64,000 nucleotides of DNA from Candidatus Multivoradales bacterium (GCA_965223855.1 CBDCXM010000009.1:1152001-1216000), one strand, 5' to 3'; counted from the first letter of the stretch, positions 47,742-57,617 are shown. Made by a program: numbers and translations. The notes: generated by a model not told the origin, from the letters alone.

Positions 47742-50045
47742 CTAGAAGCGGTAGCGCACTGAAGCGACGACTTGCCGCGGCGGGATCAGCTCGTCGCTCG
47801 TCGTGTGGAGACCGAACGGGTTGGTGAAGCGGCTGTTGACGCCCGCTTCGTCGAGCAGGTTGGTGGCCCGCAGGTCGAGGCTCCACGGGCGTTCGGCCGG
47901 CTGCCATCCGAGGCGCAGGTCGAGGCTGTCCCAGGCGGGTACGCGATCGACGATCGCGTGGTTGTAGACCCGGTACCAGAAGGCGCCGCGGTGGATGTGT
48001 GCGAGGGTCGCGGTCCACTCCGAGTTCGCCGCGTAGTGAGCCCAGTCGAGGGCGATCCGCGAGGTGGCGTCGGTGAGCTTGGGCGGGGTGTTGCCGCGCA
48101 GGTCGACGCGCAGCGAGGCGCGATCCTCGATCGCCGTCGGCGTGAAGCGGCCGAAGCCGGAGGCGCGGAAGTCGGCCGGGTCGAGCGTCAGGTGGGAGGA
48201 GTCGATCCGCCCGTCGAGCGCCGAGAGCTGACCGGAGAGGCGCCAGGCCGGGGCGAGCTGCCACCGTGCGTCCAACTCGACGCCGTGGATCGAGACACGC
48301 GGGATGTTGCCGGTTCCGGCGGCGAAGGGCACCGGATCCTCCTGGAGGTACTGGTAGTTGCGGTAGTCGTAGGCGAAGGCGGTGAGGTCGAGGCGGGCGC
48401 GGCCGCCGGCGAAGCGGTTGCGCGAGCCGACCTCGAGCGCCGTCACCTCTTCCGGGGCGAAGGTCGCCGGCACGTCGAGCGCTCCCGACAGGGCGCCGGG
48501 GTTGCTGCCGCCGTTCTTCCAACCGGTCGAGAGCGAAGCGTAGAAGAGGTGGTCGTCGGTCAATCGCAGGTCGAGCCCCAACCGGCCGGTCACGGCGTCG
48601 TCGACGAGCACCTCCCGCGCGTCGAGGAACCAGAACTGGGTCGAGGCGTCGGTCGAGCGGTCGCGCTGCGCCCTCAGCCCGGCCGTGAGCGACCAGCGCT
48701 CCGCCCCCCGAAGCGTGGTGTCGGCGAAGAGCGCGACGTCCTCGCGCTCCACGGTGCGCTCCTCGACGAACTCGAGCGGCGGCGTGAACGGGGGGAGGGT
48801 CTCAGGTGACGGGTTCTCGATCCGCTCGCGGAACTGCTCGAACGGCGCCGGCCCGATCGCCTCGAGGAAGAAGTTGCGGTTCTCGTGCAGCAGGTAGTAG
48901 CCGCCGAGGCGCCACTCGCCGCGCTCGCCGCTGCCGAAGAGCACCACCTCCTGGCTCACGGCGTCGGAGTCGTTGTCCCAGAACGGCAGCACGTCGAACG
49001 CCGCCGGACCGAAGCCGGTGAGGTCGATCGCTACCAGGTCCTGGGTCAGCCGGTCGCCGTCGACGCTCTGGCGCTTGCGCAGACGCTGGACCCCCGTGAG
49101 CGAGCGTAGCGTCACTCCCGAGGAAGCACGCCATTCGGCCACCACCGAGAGGCTGTCGTTGTCGAGTGCGAAGCTCGAGGGATAGTCCTGCGTCAGTCGA
49201 CGCGGATCGGGGTTGGGATCGAGCCGGCTCTTCTGCGCCGCTCCGTGCTGGTCGGAGCGGTGCGAGAAGGCGGTGAGACGCACCGAGGTCGAGGCGGTCG
49301 GCGCCCAGTCGGCTGCCAGGTGGCCGCTCCAGGCATCGGCGTCGTCCAACTGATAGCCGTCGAGGGCCCCGCCCTCGATCCGGGCGAAGCCGTCGCGTAC
49401 CAGTCGGCGGCCGGCGAGGCGCACGGCGGCCTCCTCGCCGAGCGGCGCCTCGAAAGCGACCGAGCCCTGGCGGTGCCGATAGTTCCCCAGCTCGAGCCGC
49501 GCCGCACCGCCGAAGGATCCTTCCGGTCTCCGGGTGACGAGGTTGATCGCCCCTCCGGTGGTCCCCTGGCCGAACTCCGTCCCCTGGGGGCCTCGGAAGA
49601 TCTCGATCCGCTCGAGCTCGCCGAGGAACAGCCCGTAGGCGAGCGGATTGGCGACGTAGACGCCGTCGAGGTAGAGCAGCACGCTCGGCTGGGTGCTGAG
49701 GTTCTGCGCCGTCTCCCAGCCGACACCGCGGATCGACGCGACCCGGCCGGCGCCGTCGTTGCGCGACACCATCAGCCCCGGTGCCCAGCCGTTGAGGCGA
49801 TCGAGCTGCTCGATGCCGTGGTCCCCGAACGCCTCTCCCGAGACGACGGCGACGGAGGTCGTCGCCTCTGCGAGCGCCACCTCGGCACGCCTTGCGGTGA
49901 CGGTGATCTCCTCCAGGACGAGGGAATCGCCGGCACCGTTCTCGTCGGCAGTGAGCAGCGAGGGGATCAGGAGGCAGAGCGCTACCGGAAGGCAGCGTCG
50001 CAGAGAGGTTCGCTCCGTCGAGCCGCAGCTCGATCGTTCGTTCAT
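47742..50045 (-). CDS. TonB-dependent receptor
   Basis: Signal peptide, LEEITVTARR, IEIFRGPQGT.FG, NLLD, C-terminal YRF. Confidence 0.92.
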   Translation of the reverse strand: MNERSSCGSTERTSLRRCLPVALCLLIPSLLTADENGAGDSLVLEEITVTARRAEVALAEATTSVAVVSGEAFGDHGIEQLDRLNGWAPGLMVSRNDGAGRVASIRGVGWETAQNLSTQPSVLLYLDGVYVANPLAYGLFLGELERIEIFRGPQGTEFGQGTTGGAINLVTRRPEGSFGGAARLELGNYRHRQGSVAFEAPLGEEAAVRLAGRRLVRDGFARIEGGALDGYQLDDADAWSGHLAADWAPTASTSVRLTAFSHRSDQHGAAQKSRLDPNPDPRRLTQDYPSSFALDNDSLSVVAEWRASSGVTLRSLTGVQRLRKRQSVDGDRLTQDLVAIDLTGFGPAAFDVLPFWDNDSDAVSQEVVLFGSGERGEWRLGGYYLLHENRNFFLEAIGPAPFEQFRERIENPSPETLPPFTPPLEFVEERTVEREDVALFADTTLRGAERWSLTAGLRAQRDRSTDASTQFWFLDAREVLVDDAVTGRLGLDLRLTDDHLFYASLSTGWKNGGSNPGALSGALDVPATFAPEEVTALEVGSRNRFAGGRARLDLTAFAYDYRNYQYLQEDPVPFAAGTGNIPRVSIHGVELDARWQLAPAWRLSGQLSALDGRIDSSHLTLDPADFRASGFGRFTPTAIEDRASLRVDLRGNTPPKLTDATSRIALDWAHYAANSEWTATLAHIHRGAFWYRVYNHAIVDRVPAWDSLDLRLGWQPAERPWSLDLRATNLLDEAGVNSRFTNPFGLHTTSDELIPPRQVVASVRYRF

Positions 50046-50106
50046 GTTCGGCCTTTTCGGGAAGACGGGCGTGAGATTGCGCGTGGAGTGCGCCGTTCCG
50101 CGGCAC

Positions 50107-50127
50107 TTAGTCTACCAGTGAGCACAA
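50107..50127 (-). promoter_or_regulatory. Extended -10 (TGG-TAGACT) within a 21-bp imperfect palindrome upstream of the TonB receptor
   Basis: Minus strand reads TTGTGCTCACTGGTAGACTAA. Confidence 0.4.
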
Positions 50128-50134
50128 GTTGGGT

Positions 50135-50161
50135 GTGCGATCCGTCTCCCTCCGGCGTTTC
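50135..50161 (+). promoter_or_regulatory. Putative ECF sigma promoter, copy 1 (GTGCG-N14-GGCGTTTC)
   Basis: GTGCG atccgtctccctcc GGCGTTTC upstream of the gene at 50237. Confidence 0.7.
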
Positions 50162-50236
50162 CGAAAGAAGACCGACTGCGGTCGGCTTACAGTCGCGGAT
50201 TCGCCGTGACCGTCAGGAGAACAAGGAGACAGGATC

Positions 50237-50752
50237 ATGAGAATGGGAAGAGGACTGAATTTCGTGGGGCTCGTCGTCTGGGCCGTCGTTGCCGGCTGCG
50301 GGGCGGCCGACGCCGGCGAACGTTGCGTAGCCGACATCTCCGGCACCGTTCACTCCTTCGAACACGTCTATGTGCTGAGGGCTCACGATCCCTACGACGG
50401 AGACGACACCACACGGCTCGCGAGGATCGTCTGCTCCGACACCGAGATCGGCGAGCTGCCGACCACCGAAGGCGAGGCGATGGAGGCTCTGATGATGAGG
50501 CCTGACCGGGGTCTGGTGGTGGAAGTGAGAGACAACGGTGAAATCGTCACCGCCGCCGTGACCTGGGACGGGAAGGATGCGTACTGGCCGGGGCCGTTCG
50601 GCGGCTTCTCGGAGCTGACCTTCACCGGTACCAGCGACGGCGAGCGGATCTCGGGGAGCGTCGAGACGAACACGAAGCTCGAGGACTCCGAGAGCGGAGT
50701 GTCGCTCTCGCTCACCGCCGAGATCGACGCCGCGGTCGATGTGACGTTCTGA
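50237..50752 (+). CDS. Small secreted/lipoprotein hypothetical (paralog of 54378..54884)
   Basis: AAGGAG RBS, signal peptide with VAGC, beta-rich mature part. Confidence 0.72.
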   Translation: MRMGRGLNFVGLVVWAVVAGCGAADAGERCVADISGTVHSFEHVYVLRAHDPYDGDDTTRLARIVCSDTEIGELPTTEGEAMEALMMRPDRGLVVEVRDNGEIVTAAVTWDGKDAYWPGPFGGFSELTFTGTSDGERISGSVETNTKLEDSESGVSLSLTAEIDAAVDVTF

Positions 50753-50911
50753 GGGATGGACGGCACGCTCGACCTTGCTCCGGGAACCCCGCCGATCGCG
50801 ACGGTGTGTCTGGACACTCTCGACGCCGTGAAGCTGGGCAGCTCCCGCCGTGCGCCAGGCGCCCCGGTAGAATCGGGTTCGACCGCCAGCCAACGGAGGG
50901 ACCGTTCCAGA

Positions 50912-51496
50912 GTGACATCCGACGACTCAGAAGGTGCGGTCGACCTCGAGTCGACCGCCGTGCTGATCGACCGGGCTCGCTCGGGCGACGACGGGGCGAA
51001 GAACCGGCTGATGGCGCGGTACGTGCCGATCCTTCATCGCTGGGCCCGCGGTCGCCTCCCCTCCTATGCGCGGGATCTCTCCGAGACCGCCGACCTGGTG
51101 CAGATCACGCTGCTGCGTGCGTTGCGCAACCTGGAGCGCTTCGAGTCGCGGGGCGAAGGGGCGTTCCTCGGCTACCTGCGACAGATTCTGCTCAACGCCA
51201 TTCGTGACGAGAAGCGCCGGGTGTCGCGGCGGCCGGGTCACGACGAGTTGCCGGAGAGGCTCGAGGCTCACGAGCCGTCGGCGTTGGAGCGAGCGATCGG
51301 CAGGGAGCGCATGGAGCGCTACGAGGCGGGCCTCGCGACGTTGGAGGAACGTCAGCGGCAGGCGGTGATGTTGCGCCTGGAGTTCGGATTCACCCACGCC
51401 CAGATCGCGGAGGCGATCGACGCTCCGAGCGCGAATGCCGCCCGGATGGTCGTCTCCCGTGGGCTTCTGAGGCTCGCCGAAGCGGTCGCGGCATGA
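50912..51496 (+). CDS. ECF sigma-70 factor, kinase-associated type
   Basis: Region 2 ETADLVQ and F.GYLRQILLNAIRD; region 4 RQAVMLR..GFTHAQIA..A.MVVSRG. GTG start is inferred. Confidence 0.88.
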   Translation: MTSDDSEGAVDLESTAVLIDRARSGDDGAKNRLMARYVPILHRWARGRLPSYARDLSETADLVQITLLRALRNLERFESRGEGAFLGYLRQILLNAIRDEKRRVSRRPGHDELPERLEAHEPSALERAIGRERMERYEAGLATLEERQRQAVMLRLEFGFTHAQIAEAIDAPSANAARMVVSRGLLRLAEAVAA

Positions 51497-51515
51497 CGGT
51501 CCGGTCGGGGGCGCG

Positions 51516-54239
51516 ATGAGCGACGAACGTCGGCCGACGCCGGCCGAGCGGCTCGCTCAGCGGGTCGCGGACGGTGGCGAGGTCGTCTGGGAGAACGAGC
51601 GTCGTCACTCGACGGACGATCGTCTCTCGGGCCTCGAGCTGTTGGAGGCGGTCGGTCGGGTCTTCAAGGGGGAGGCTGCCGGCGAACCGGTCCTCTTTGA
51701 ATGGGGGCCGCTGCAACTGCTCGAGAAGCTGGGGGAGGGTGCGTTCGGGGAGGTCTATCGGGCGCTCGATCCACAGCTCGGGCGACAGGTGGCGCTCAAG
51801 TTGCGGAAGGGCGACGACGGCGCATCGGAGAGCGAAGAGTGGCTGGAGGAGGCACGACGGTTGGCGCGCATTCGCCACCGCAACGTGTTGACCGTCCACG
51901 GGGCCGGCAGCTTCGACGGACGCCAGGGGATCTGGTCGGATCTGATCGAGGGAGAGACGTTGCAGGCCCGGCAGCTTCGGGACGGGCCGATGGGGGCGGG
52001 AGAACTCGTAGCGGTCGGGTCGTCGCTGCTCCAGGCGCTGGCGGCGATCCACGCCGCCGGCATGGTGCACGGCGACGTCAAGCCGTCGAACCTCGTACGC
52101 GAGGTTGGAGGTCGCCTGGTGCTGGTGGACCTCGGGGCCGGAGGATCGATCGGTGCGGCCGAGGCGGCGACCCGCGGGTCGCCGCAAACCGCCGCTCCCG
52201 AGCGGATCCGTGGTGAGCCCTCGTCTGCGCGGGCGGATCTCTACAGCGCCGGAGCGACGCTCTACCAGTTGGCAGCGGGGCGCCCGCCGATCGAGGCGGG
52301 CTCCCTCGGCGAGCTCGCTGAAACCGATCGGGCCGCGACGCCGCTACGCGACCTGAGGCCGGACCTTCCCGCGGAACTCGTCGACGTAATCGAGCAATCG
52401 CTTTCGTTCGCCCCGGGCGACCGCTTCGCTACGGCCGGCGAGATGGAGGCTCGCCTCCGACGCTCGGTGAGCGGCGGCCGCCGGAAGATGCCGTCCCACC
52501 GACGATCTGCGGCGCGCCATCTCACTCTGACCCTGGTCGCCCTCGCGGCCGTTGGCGCCGCGTGGTGGTGGAGCGCCGCACGCCGCCCGGTGGCACTCGG
52601 TCCGGCACACGGTGAGCTGGAGGTCACCCGTCTTCAGGCACAGGGGACAGCGGTGTTCGCGGCGATTTCGCCCGATGGACGCTACGTGAGCTATCTGTCC
52701 GACTTCGGTGAAAAGAGCGCGATACGGCTTCACCAGGTCGCGACCGGTTCCGACCTCGCGCTCGCCGAGTTCACCCGCCACCACCAGGTCAACTACATCG
52801 GCTTCACTCCCGATGGCGCTTACGTCCGCTACACCCTGGGGGAGTTGGGGCAGGCCAATCGTCTGTTCGAGGTGCCGGTCCTCGGAGGGCCGGCAAGCCG
52901 TCTCCTCGACGACGTGGTTCTCGGACTGACGTTCTCGCCCGACGGCTCCGAAGCGGTCTACGTCTCGGGCACGGAGATGGACCAGAGGTGGCAGAGGCTC
53001 GAGCGGGTGCGACTTGCCGACCGGGATCGGCGGACGATCCTGGAGGTCGAGGACGAGTGGGACATCGAGAACGCCGCCTGGTCCCCGAAAGGCGACCGAC
53101 TCGCTCTTTCCCTTTCCGACACCTCGGCGGATCGACTCATGCTGCTACCTGCGGAAGGGGGCGAGCTGGAACCGGTGGTCGGCGATCCGTTCTTCGCCAT
53201 TGGCGACCTGTGCTGGCTTCCGGACGGGCGGCGGATGATCGTCGTGGGTTCGGAAACCGAGCGGGACACCGTCCGACAGTCGTGGCTCGTCGATGTCGAG
53301 ACCGGCGATCGCCGACGACTGTTGCGCGACGTCTCGAACAGCTTCGGCTGCTCGACGACAGCGGATGGCCGGCGGACGGTGCTGACGCGGCATCGGACCC
53401 AGTCGCGACTGTGGGTGACGGAGCTGGAGGAGGGGTCGAGGCCGTCGCTCGTGAACACGACGACCGGCTTCGACGACGGCGTCAGCGCGGTTGCCTGGAT
53501 AGACGACGATTGGGTCGCCTACGTCGCGCCGGATGGCGACACCTACAATCTCTGGCGAGTGCCGATCGACGGCGGGACCTCTGAGCGGCTGACGACCGGA
53601 GGGGCTGAGGCGGTGACGGCGAGTCGCGCCGGCTCGATCGCCTACGAAGCAGGATGGAGTCGAGACAACCGGCAGGGCATCTACCTGATGGAGTTCCCGT
53701 CGCGGGCTGCCCGGCGTCTTTCGCCCGATGGGGTCTATGCCGAGGTGCCGGCTCTCTCACCTGACGGCAGAACGGTGGCCTATTCGCTCCTCGGGGCCGA
53801 GAGGCTTCAGCTCGTGGTGCAGGCGGTCGATGGAGGCGAGCCGAGGGTGGTTTTCGACGGCCCCGCTCACGCAGCGACGTTCTCCCCCGACGGACTTTGG
53901 CTCGCTCTCCATGCCCTCCATCCCGAGGAACGAGTCTGGAAGACCGCGGTCTTCCCGGTAGACGGAAACGGCCCGACCGAGTGGCTCGACATTCACTCGG
54001 ACTCCATGTCCCCGTGGCTGTCGATGGAGACCGTCCTCGTCAGCAAGACCGTCGATCGCGTGGGGAACGTGCTGGCCGTCCCTCGCGACAACTCGGGACC
54101 GCGACCGATAACGGCATTCCAGGAGGGAATGGTCTTTTCCTTCGCCGTCTCGCCGACGGGAGATCGACTCGTCGTCGCGAGAGGCGACTGGGTGAGCGAT
54201 CTGCTGCTCTACGAAGGACACCTCCCGACCGTCGAGTAG
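51516..54239 (+). CDS. Membrane Ser/Thr kinase with extracytoplasmic TolB/PD40 beta-propellers (kinase 1)
   Basis: LGEGAFGEVY, VALK, HGDVKPSN, DLG, APE, DLYS; one TM; many SPDG repeats. Confidence 0.9.
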   Translation: MSDERRPTPAERLAQRVADGGEVVWENERRHSTDDRLSGLELLEAVGRVFKGEAAGEPVLFEWGPLQLLEKLGEGAFGEVYRALDPQLGRQVALKLRKGDDGASESEEWLEEARRLARIRHRNVLTVHGAGSFDGRQGIWSDLIEGETLQARQLRDGPMGAGELVAVGSSLLQALAAIHAAGMVHGDVKPSNLVREVGGRLVLVDLGAGGSIGAAEAATRGSPQTAAPERIRGEPSSARADLYSAGATLYQLAAGRPPIEAGSLGELAETDRAATPLRDLRPDLPAELVDVIEQSLSFAPGDRFATAGEMEARLRRSVSGGRRKMPSHRRSAARHLTLTLVALAAVGAAWWWSAARRPVALGPAHGELEVTRLQAQGTAVFAAISPDGRYVSYLSDFGEKSAIRLHQVATGSDLALAEFTRHHQVNYIGFTPDGAYVRYTLGELGQANRLFEVPVLGGPASRLLDDVVLGLTFSPDGSEAVYVSGTEMDQRWQRLERVRLADRDRRTILEVEDEWDIENAAWSPKGDRLALSLSDTSADRLMLLPAEGGELEPVVGDPFFAIGDLCWLPDGRRMIVVGSETERDTVRQSWLVDVETGDRRRLLRDVSNSFGCSTTADGRRTVLTRHRTQSRLWVTELEEGSRPSLVNTTTGFDDGVSAVAWIDDDWVAYVAPDGDTYNLWRVPIDGGTSERLTTGGAEAVTASRAGSIAYEAGWSRDNRQGIYLMEFPSRAARRLSPDGVYAEVPALSPDGRTVAYSLLGAERLQLVVQAVDGGEPRVVFDGPAHAATFSPDGLWLALHALHPEERVWKTAVFPVDGNGPTEWLDIHSDSMSPWLSMETVLVSKTVDRVGNVLAVPRDNSGPRPITAFQEGMVFSFAVSPTGDRLVVARGDWVSDLLLYEGHLPTVE

Positions 54240-54297
54240 ACGTCCCTGATCCCCCGCCTTCCCCGCGGTTCCGGCCCGCAGCGCTCTTGCCAGGTCC

Positions 54298-54324
54298 GTG
54301 CGGTCCTCGGAGCGAAGGCGTTTC
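54298..54324 (+). promoter_or_regulatory. Putative ECF sigma promoter, copy 2
   Basis: GTGCG gtcctcggagcgaa GGCGTTTC upstream of the gene at 54378. Confidence 0.7.
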
Positions 54325-54377
54325 ATGGGGTGGCGATCGGCAGCGGATGCCGGTGCCTTCGACCGCAAGGAGGAGTT

Positions 54378-54884
54378 GTGAAGAAGAAAGCAGGAATGCG
54401 AGTTGCTGCCACGGTTCTCGGGCTGATGTGCCTGGCCGGTTCGCTCGAGGCTGACTCGAGTTGCTCGTTGACGGTCGGGGGAGAGGAGTTGTCTTTCCCC
54501 CACGTCGTTGCCGTGGCCACGAAGAACTGGTTCGACGACAGTCTCGAGGACGTCGACGTCTACTGCTTCCGGGTGCCGGTCCCCGAGGACAAGCGCTCCT
54601 CCGAAGCGATCCTCTGGTTCGAGAACGACAACCACATCACGATCTCCATCGCCGCGCCCCAGATGCACGTCGGCGCGGTCAGGATTCACACCGAGGAGGT
54701 CAGCGCCTCGATCTCGGGGATCGGCTTCGGGGTCGACTTCGAAGGGAGCCGGAGCGGCGACAGGCTCTCCGGAACGATCTCCACCCCGGAACCGAAGTCG
54801 ACGCTGAGCGATGGCGAGCGTGGGCCCGAGTGGAAGCTCTCCGCGGAGCTCGATCTCCAGGTATGGCCTCAGATCGAGCGCTGA
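54378..54884 (+). CDS. Small secreted hypothetical (paralog of 50237..50752)
   Basis: AAGGAGG RBS then GTG; signal peptide; beta-rich. Confidence 0.72.
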   Translation: MKKKAGMRVAATVLGLMCLAGSLEADSSCSLTVGGEELSFPHVVAVATKNWFDDSLEDVDVYCFRVPVPEDKRSSEAILWFENDNHITISIAAPQMHVGAVRIHTEEVSASISGIGFGVDFEGSRSGDRLSGTISTPEPKSTLSDGERGPEWKLSAELDLQVWPQIER

Positions 54885-54894
54885 CGTCTCCTCG

Positions 54895-54923
54895 GCTCAG
54901 CACTGGGCCGCTCAGCGCTGGGC
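54895..54923. repeat. Tandem 15-bp-period repeat GCTCAGCRCTGGGC x2
   Basis: Copies at 54895-54908 and 54910-54923, each near-palindromic, just before TATGCT at 54931. Confidence 0.55.
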
Positions 54924-54969
54924 GCTCTTGTATGCTGGAACCGTCTGCAGGAGGACGGCGCAAGACGAG

Positions 54970-57570
54970 ATGGGTGGCAACCACCGGCACGACGCAGCTG
55001 CCGACACCGGCCTCCCCTTTGAGTGGGGTCCGCTCCAAGTTCTCGAGAAGCTGGGTGAAGGCAGCTTCGGAGAGGTCTATCGAGCGCGCGATCCCGCGCT
55101 CGGTCGAGAGGTCGCCCTCAAGCTCCTGCGCGGTGACGAGGCGACCGGGTCGACGGACGACTGGCTCGATGAGGCCAGGCGGCTGGCGAAAGTCCGACAC
55201 CCCAATGTGCTGACGGTGCACGGGGCCGGCACCTTCTCGGGCCTGGCCGGATTGTGGTCGGATTTGCTCGAGGGTGAGTCGCTCGAGGAGCGCCTGCTTG
55301 CAGATGGCCCTTTCGGCGAAGGGGAGGTCGTCGCCGTCGGCTGCGCGCTGTGCCGCGCTCTGGCCGCGCTTCATCGCGGCGGCCTGGTACACGGGGACAT
55401 CAAGACCTCCAACGTGATTCGCACGGAGGACGGTGAGTTCGTGCTGATCGACCTCGGCGCGTCCAGCGAGGTCGATCAGCCGTCGACGGTTTGGCGCCAG
55501 GGCTCGCCGGCGACGAGCGCTCCGGAGGTGCTTCGAGGCGAGGCTTCGACCTCATCGTCCGACCTCTACTCTCTCGGAGCTCTCCTCTACCGGCTGGCCT
55601 CCGGCGCGCCGGTCCTCCGGGCTCGGAGCCTCGAGGAGTTACTCGAGCGGGCGTTGTCCGGCGACATCGCGCCCCTCGTCGACCTGCGCCCCGATCTTTC
55701 TCCCTCGCTGACGTCCGTCATCGCCAGGGCGCTCAGCGCCGACCCGGGGGAGCGCTATCCGACTGCGGGCGCCATGGAGGCGGCCCTGGTGTCCGGGGGG
55801 CGTGTGCGTCGGCGAGGGCGTTCCTGGAGCTGGGCGGCGGCAGCCCTGGCGGCCTTGGGTGTCGTGGCGGGAGCTTCACGTTTCTGGTTCGCGCAGCCGG
55901 AGGGGGGAGCGCGTTCGGAGGGACGTGTCCGACGACTGGTGACTCAGGGGGACCCGGTAGTCGCGGCGATCTCTGCGGACGGCGAGTACGTGGCCTACAC
56001 CTCGTCCGAGGGGGGATTCCGCCTCGTCGGCGGCGGCAATTCGGTGCGCCTCCAGCAGATCGAGTCGGGTCGCGACATCGAGCTCGTGCCGGCGGTCGAC
56101 TTCGGGTTCTTCTTCGAGTCCCTCGCCTTCAGCCCGGACGGAGAGTACGTTCGCTACACGGTCGGTTCGACCGGCACAGCCAAGGCCGTCTGGCAGGTAC
56201 CGATCCTCGGAGGTGACGCGGAGTTGCTCGCCGAGGATGTTCTGGGTCGACCGACGTATTCGCCTGACGGCGGAAGTCTGGCCTTTGCGGCAGCCGAGGA
56301 GTTCACCGACCCGTGGATCCGGCTCGATGTCGTCGACCTCGAGCGAGGGGGGCGCCGAACCCTCCTCGAGTTGACCGACGGCGGCGAACTCGAGGAGGTG
56401 GCGTGGTCGCCTGACGGCAAGAGGATCGCCTTCGTCGTCTGGGACGGAGGCCGCGAACGCCTGCGGGTGGTCACTCCCGATGGGTCGGACTCACGAGCGG
56501 TGCCTTCCGTGTCGTTCCCCGACATCGAGGGTCTCTGCTGGGCTCCCGACGGTCGAGATCTGGTCGTTCTCGCAGGCTCGATCGACCCCTTCTCCATGCA
56601 CCCCTGGCTGGTCGATCACAGGACCGGGGAGCAGCGCCGGCTGTTGCGTGACTTTCATCGCTACTCCGGGTGTTCGCGAGACCGCACCGGTGCGGTGACG
56701 GCGATGATCAGGATCGAGGAGCGAGCACAGCTGTGGGTCGCCCCCGTCGGCAGCCCGGAGGGTGCGTACCCGGTCAGGACGACGACCGGGCGGTCCGACG
56801 GCAGCATTCGGGTAACCTGGGAGAACGACGACAGCCTCCTCTACGAGGCTCCCGGAGGGGAAGGCTGGTACTTGTGGCGAGTCCCAGCCACTGGTGGTCT
56901 CTCGACTCGCGTCGCGGCCGAGCCCGCGCGTGCTGCTGCGGTCGACGACTCAGGGCGGATCGTCTTCTATTCCGGTTGGACCTTCGACGACCGGGCCGGC
57001 ATCTACACGGTGCCCGGCAACGGCGGCCCGCCACGCCGTCTCTCGCCGCTGCACTCTTACGCCGAGCGACCGACGGTCTCGCGAGATGGTGAGTGGATCT
57101 TCTACGAGCTTTTCGACGGCGAGAGGTGGCACTTCGTGCGATCGGAGCGCAGCGGCGGCGAACCCATCGCCGTCAGCCGCAGGCAGTCGCATCTCGCCAG
57201 CTTCTCCCCCGACGGGCGACGCTTCGCGTTGCACGAGTTCGACCCGGTGATCGGCCGGTGGGGGACAGCGATCTATCCGTTCGACACAGACAGTCGCCAA
57301 GAGAGCGAGCCTACGAGATGGCTCGATCTTCACTCCGAGACCTACTCCCCCTGGGCCGACGACGGCTCGCTCTTCGTGTCCAGGATGATCGACGGAGTCG
57401 GCAACATCTACCGGGTGGACCTCGATGACCTGGAGGAGCAACAGGTCACGTTCTTTCGTGAAGGGGTCATCTTCTCCTTCGATCTCTCTCCGGACGGGAC
57501 GCGCCTGGCGGTCAGCAGGGGTTCCGTGATCAACGACCTGCTTCTGGTCGAGGGGCTGCTGGAGCGCTAG
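54970..57570 (+). CDS. Membrane Ser/Thr kinase with TolB/PD40 beta-propellers (kinase 2)
   Basis: FEWGPLQVLEKLGEGSFGEVY, HGDIKTSN, DLG, APE; TM; SPDG repeats; collinear with kinase 1. Confidence 0.9.
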   Translation: MGGNHRHDAAADTGLPFEWGPLQVLEKLGEGSFGEVYRARDPALGREVALKLLRGDEATGSTDDWLDEARRLAKVRHPNVLTVHGAGTFSGLAGLWSDLLEGESLEERLLADGPFGEGEVVAVGCALCRALAALHRGGLVHGDIKTSNVIRTEDGEFVLIDLGASSEVDQPSTVWRQGSPATSAPEVLRGEASTSSSDLYSLGALLYRLASGAPVLRARSLEELLERALSGDIAPLVDLRPDLSPSLTSVIARALSADPGERYPTAGAMEAALVSGGRVRRRGRSWSWAAAALAALGVVAGASRFWFAQPEGGARSEGRVRRLVTQGDPVVAAISADGEYVAYTSSEGGFRLVGGGNSVRLQQIESGRDIELVPAVDFGFFFESLAFSPDGEYVRYTVGSTGTAKAVWQVPILGGDAELLAEDVLGRPTYSPDGGSLAFAAAEEFTDPWIRLDVVDLERGGRRTLLELTDGGELEEVAWSPDGKRIAFVVWDGGRERLRVVTPDGSDSRAVPSVSFPDIEGLCWAPDGRDLVVLAGSIDPFSMHPWLVDHRTGEQRRLLRDFHRYSGCSRDRTGAVTAMIRIEERAQLWVAPVGSPEGAYPVRTTTGRSDGSIRVTWENDDSLLYEAPGGEGWYLWRVPATGGLSTRVAAEPARAAAVDDSGRIVFYSGWTFDDRAGIYTVPGNGGPPRRLSPLHSYAERPTVSRDGEWIFYELFDGERWHFVRSERSGGEPIAVSRRQSHLASFSPDGRRFALHEFDPVIGRWGTAIYPFDTDSRQESEPTRWLDLHSETYSPWADDGSLFVSRMIDGVGNIYRVDLDDLEEQQVTFFREGVIFSFDLSPDGTRLAVSRGSVINDLLLVEGLLER

Positions 57571-57617
57571 CGGCGCGCTTCATGTGTGGCCGCGGATCGA
57601 GCGCTGAGAGACGGCAG

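Noticed and set aside
50046-50236. TPP, cobalamin or guanidine riboswitch upstream of the TonB receptor
   Set aside because: No conserved core motifs seen by eye, only a short CCGAC/GTCGG hairpin. An Rfam scan was not run.
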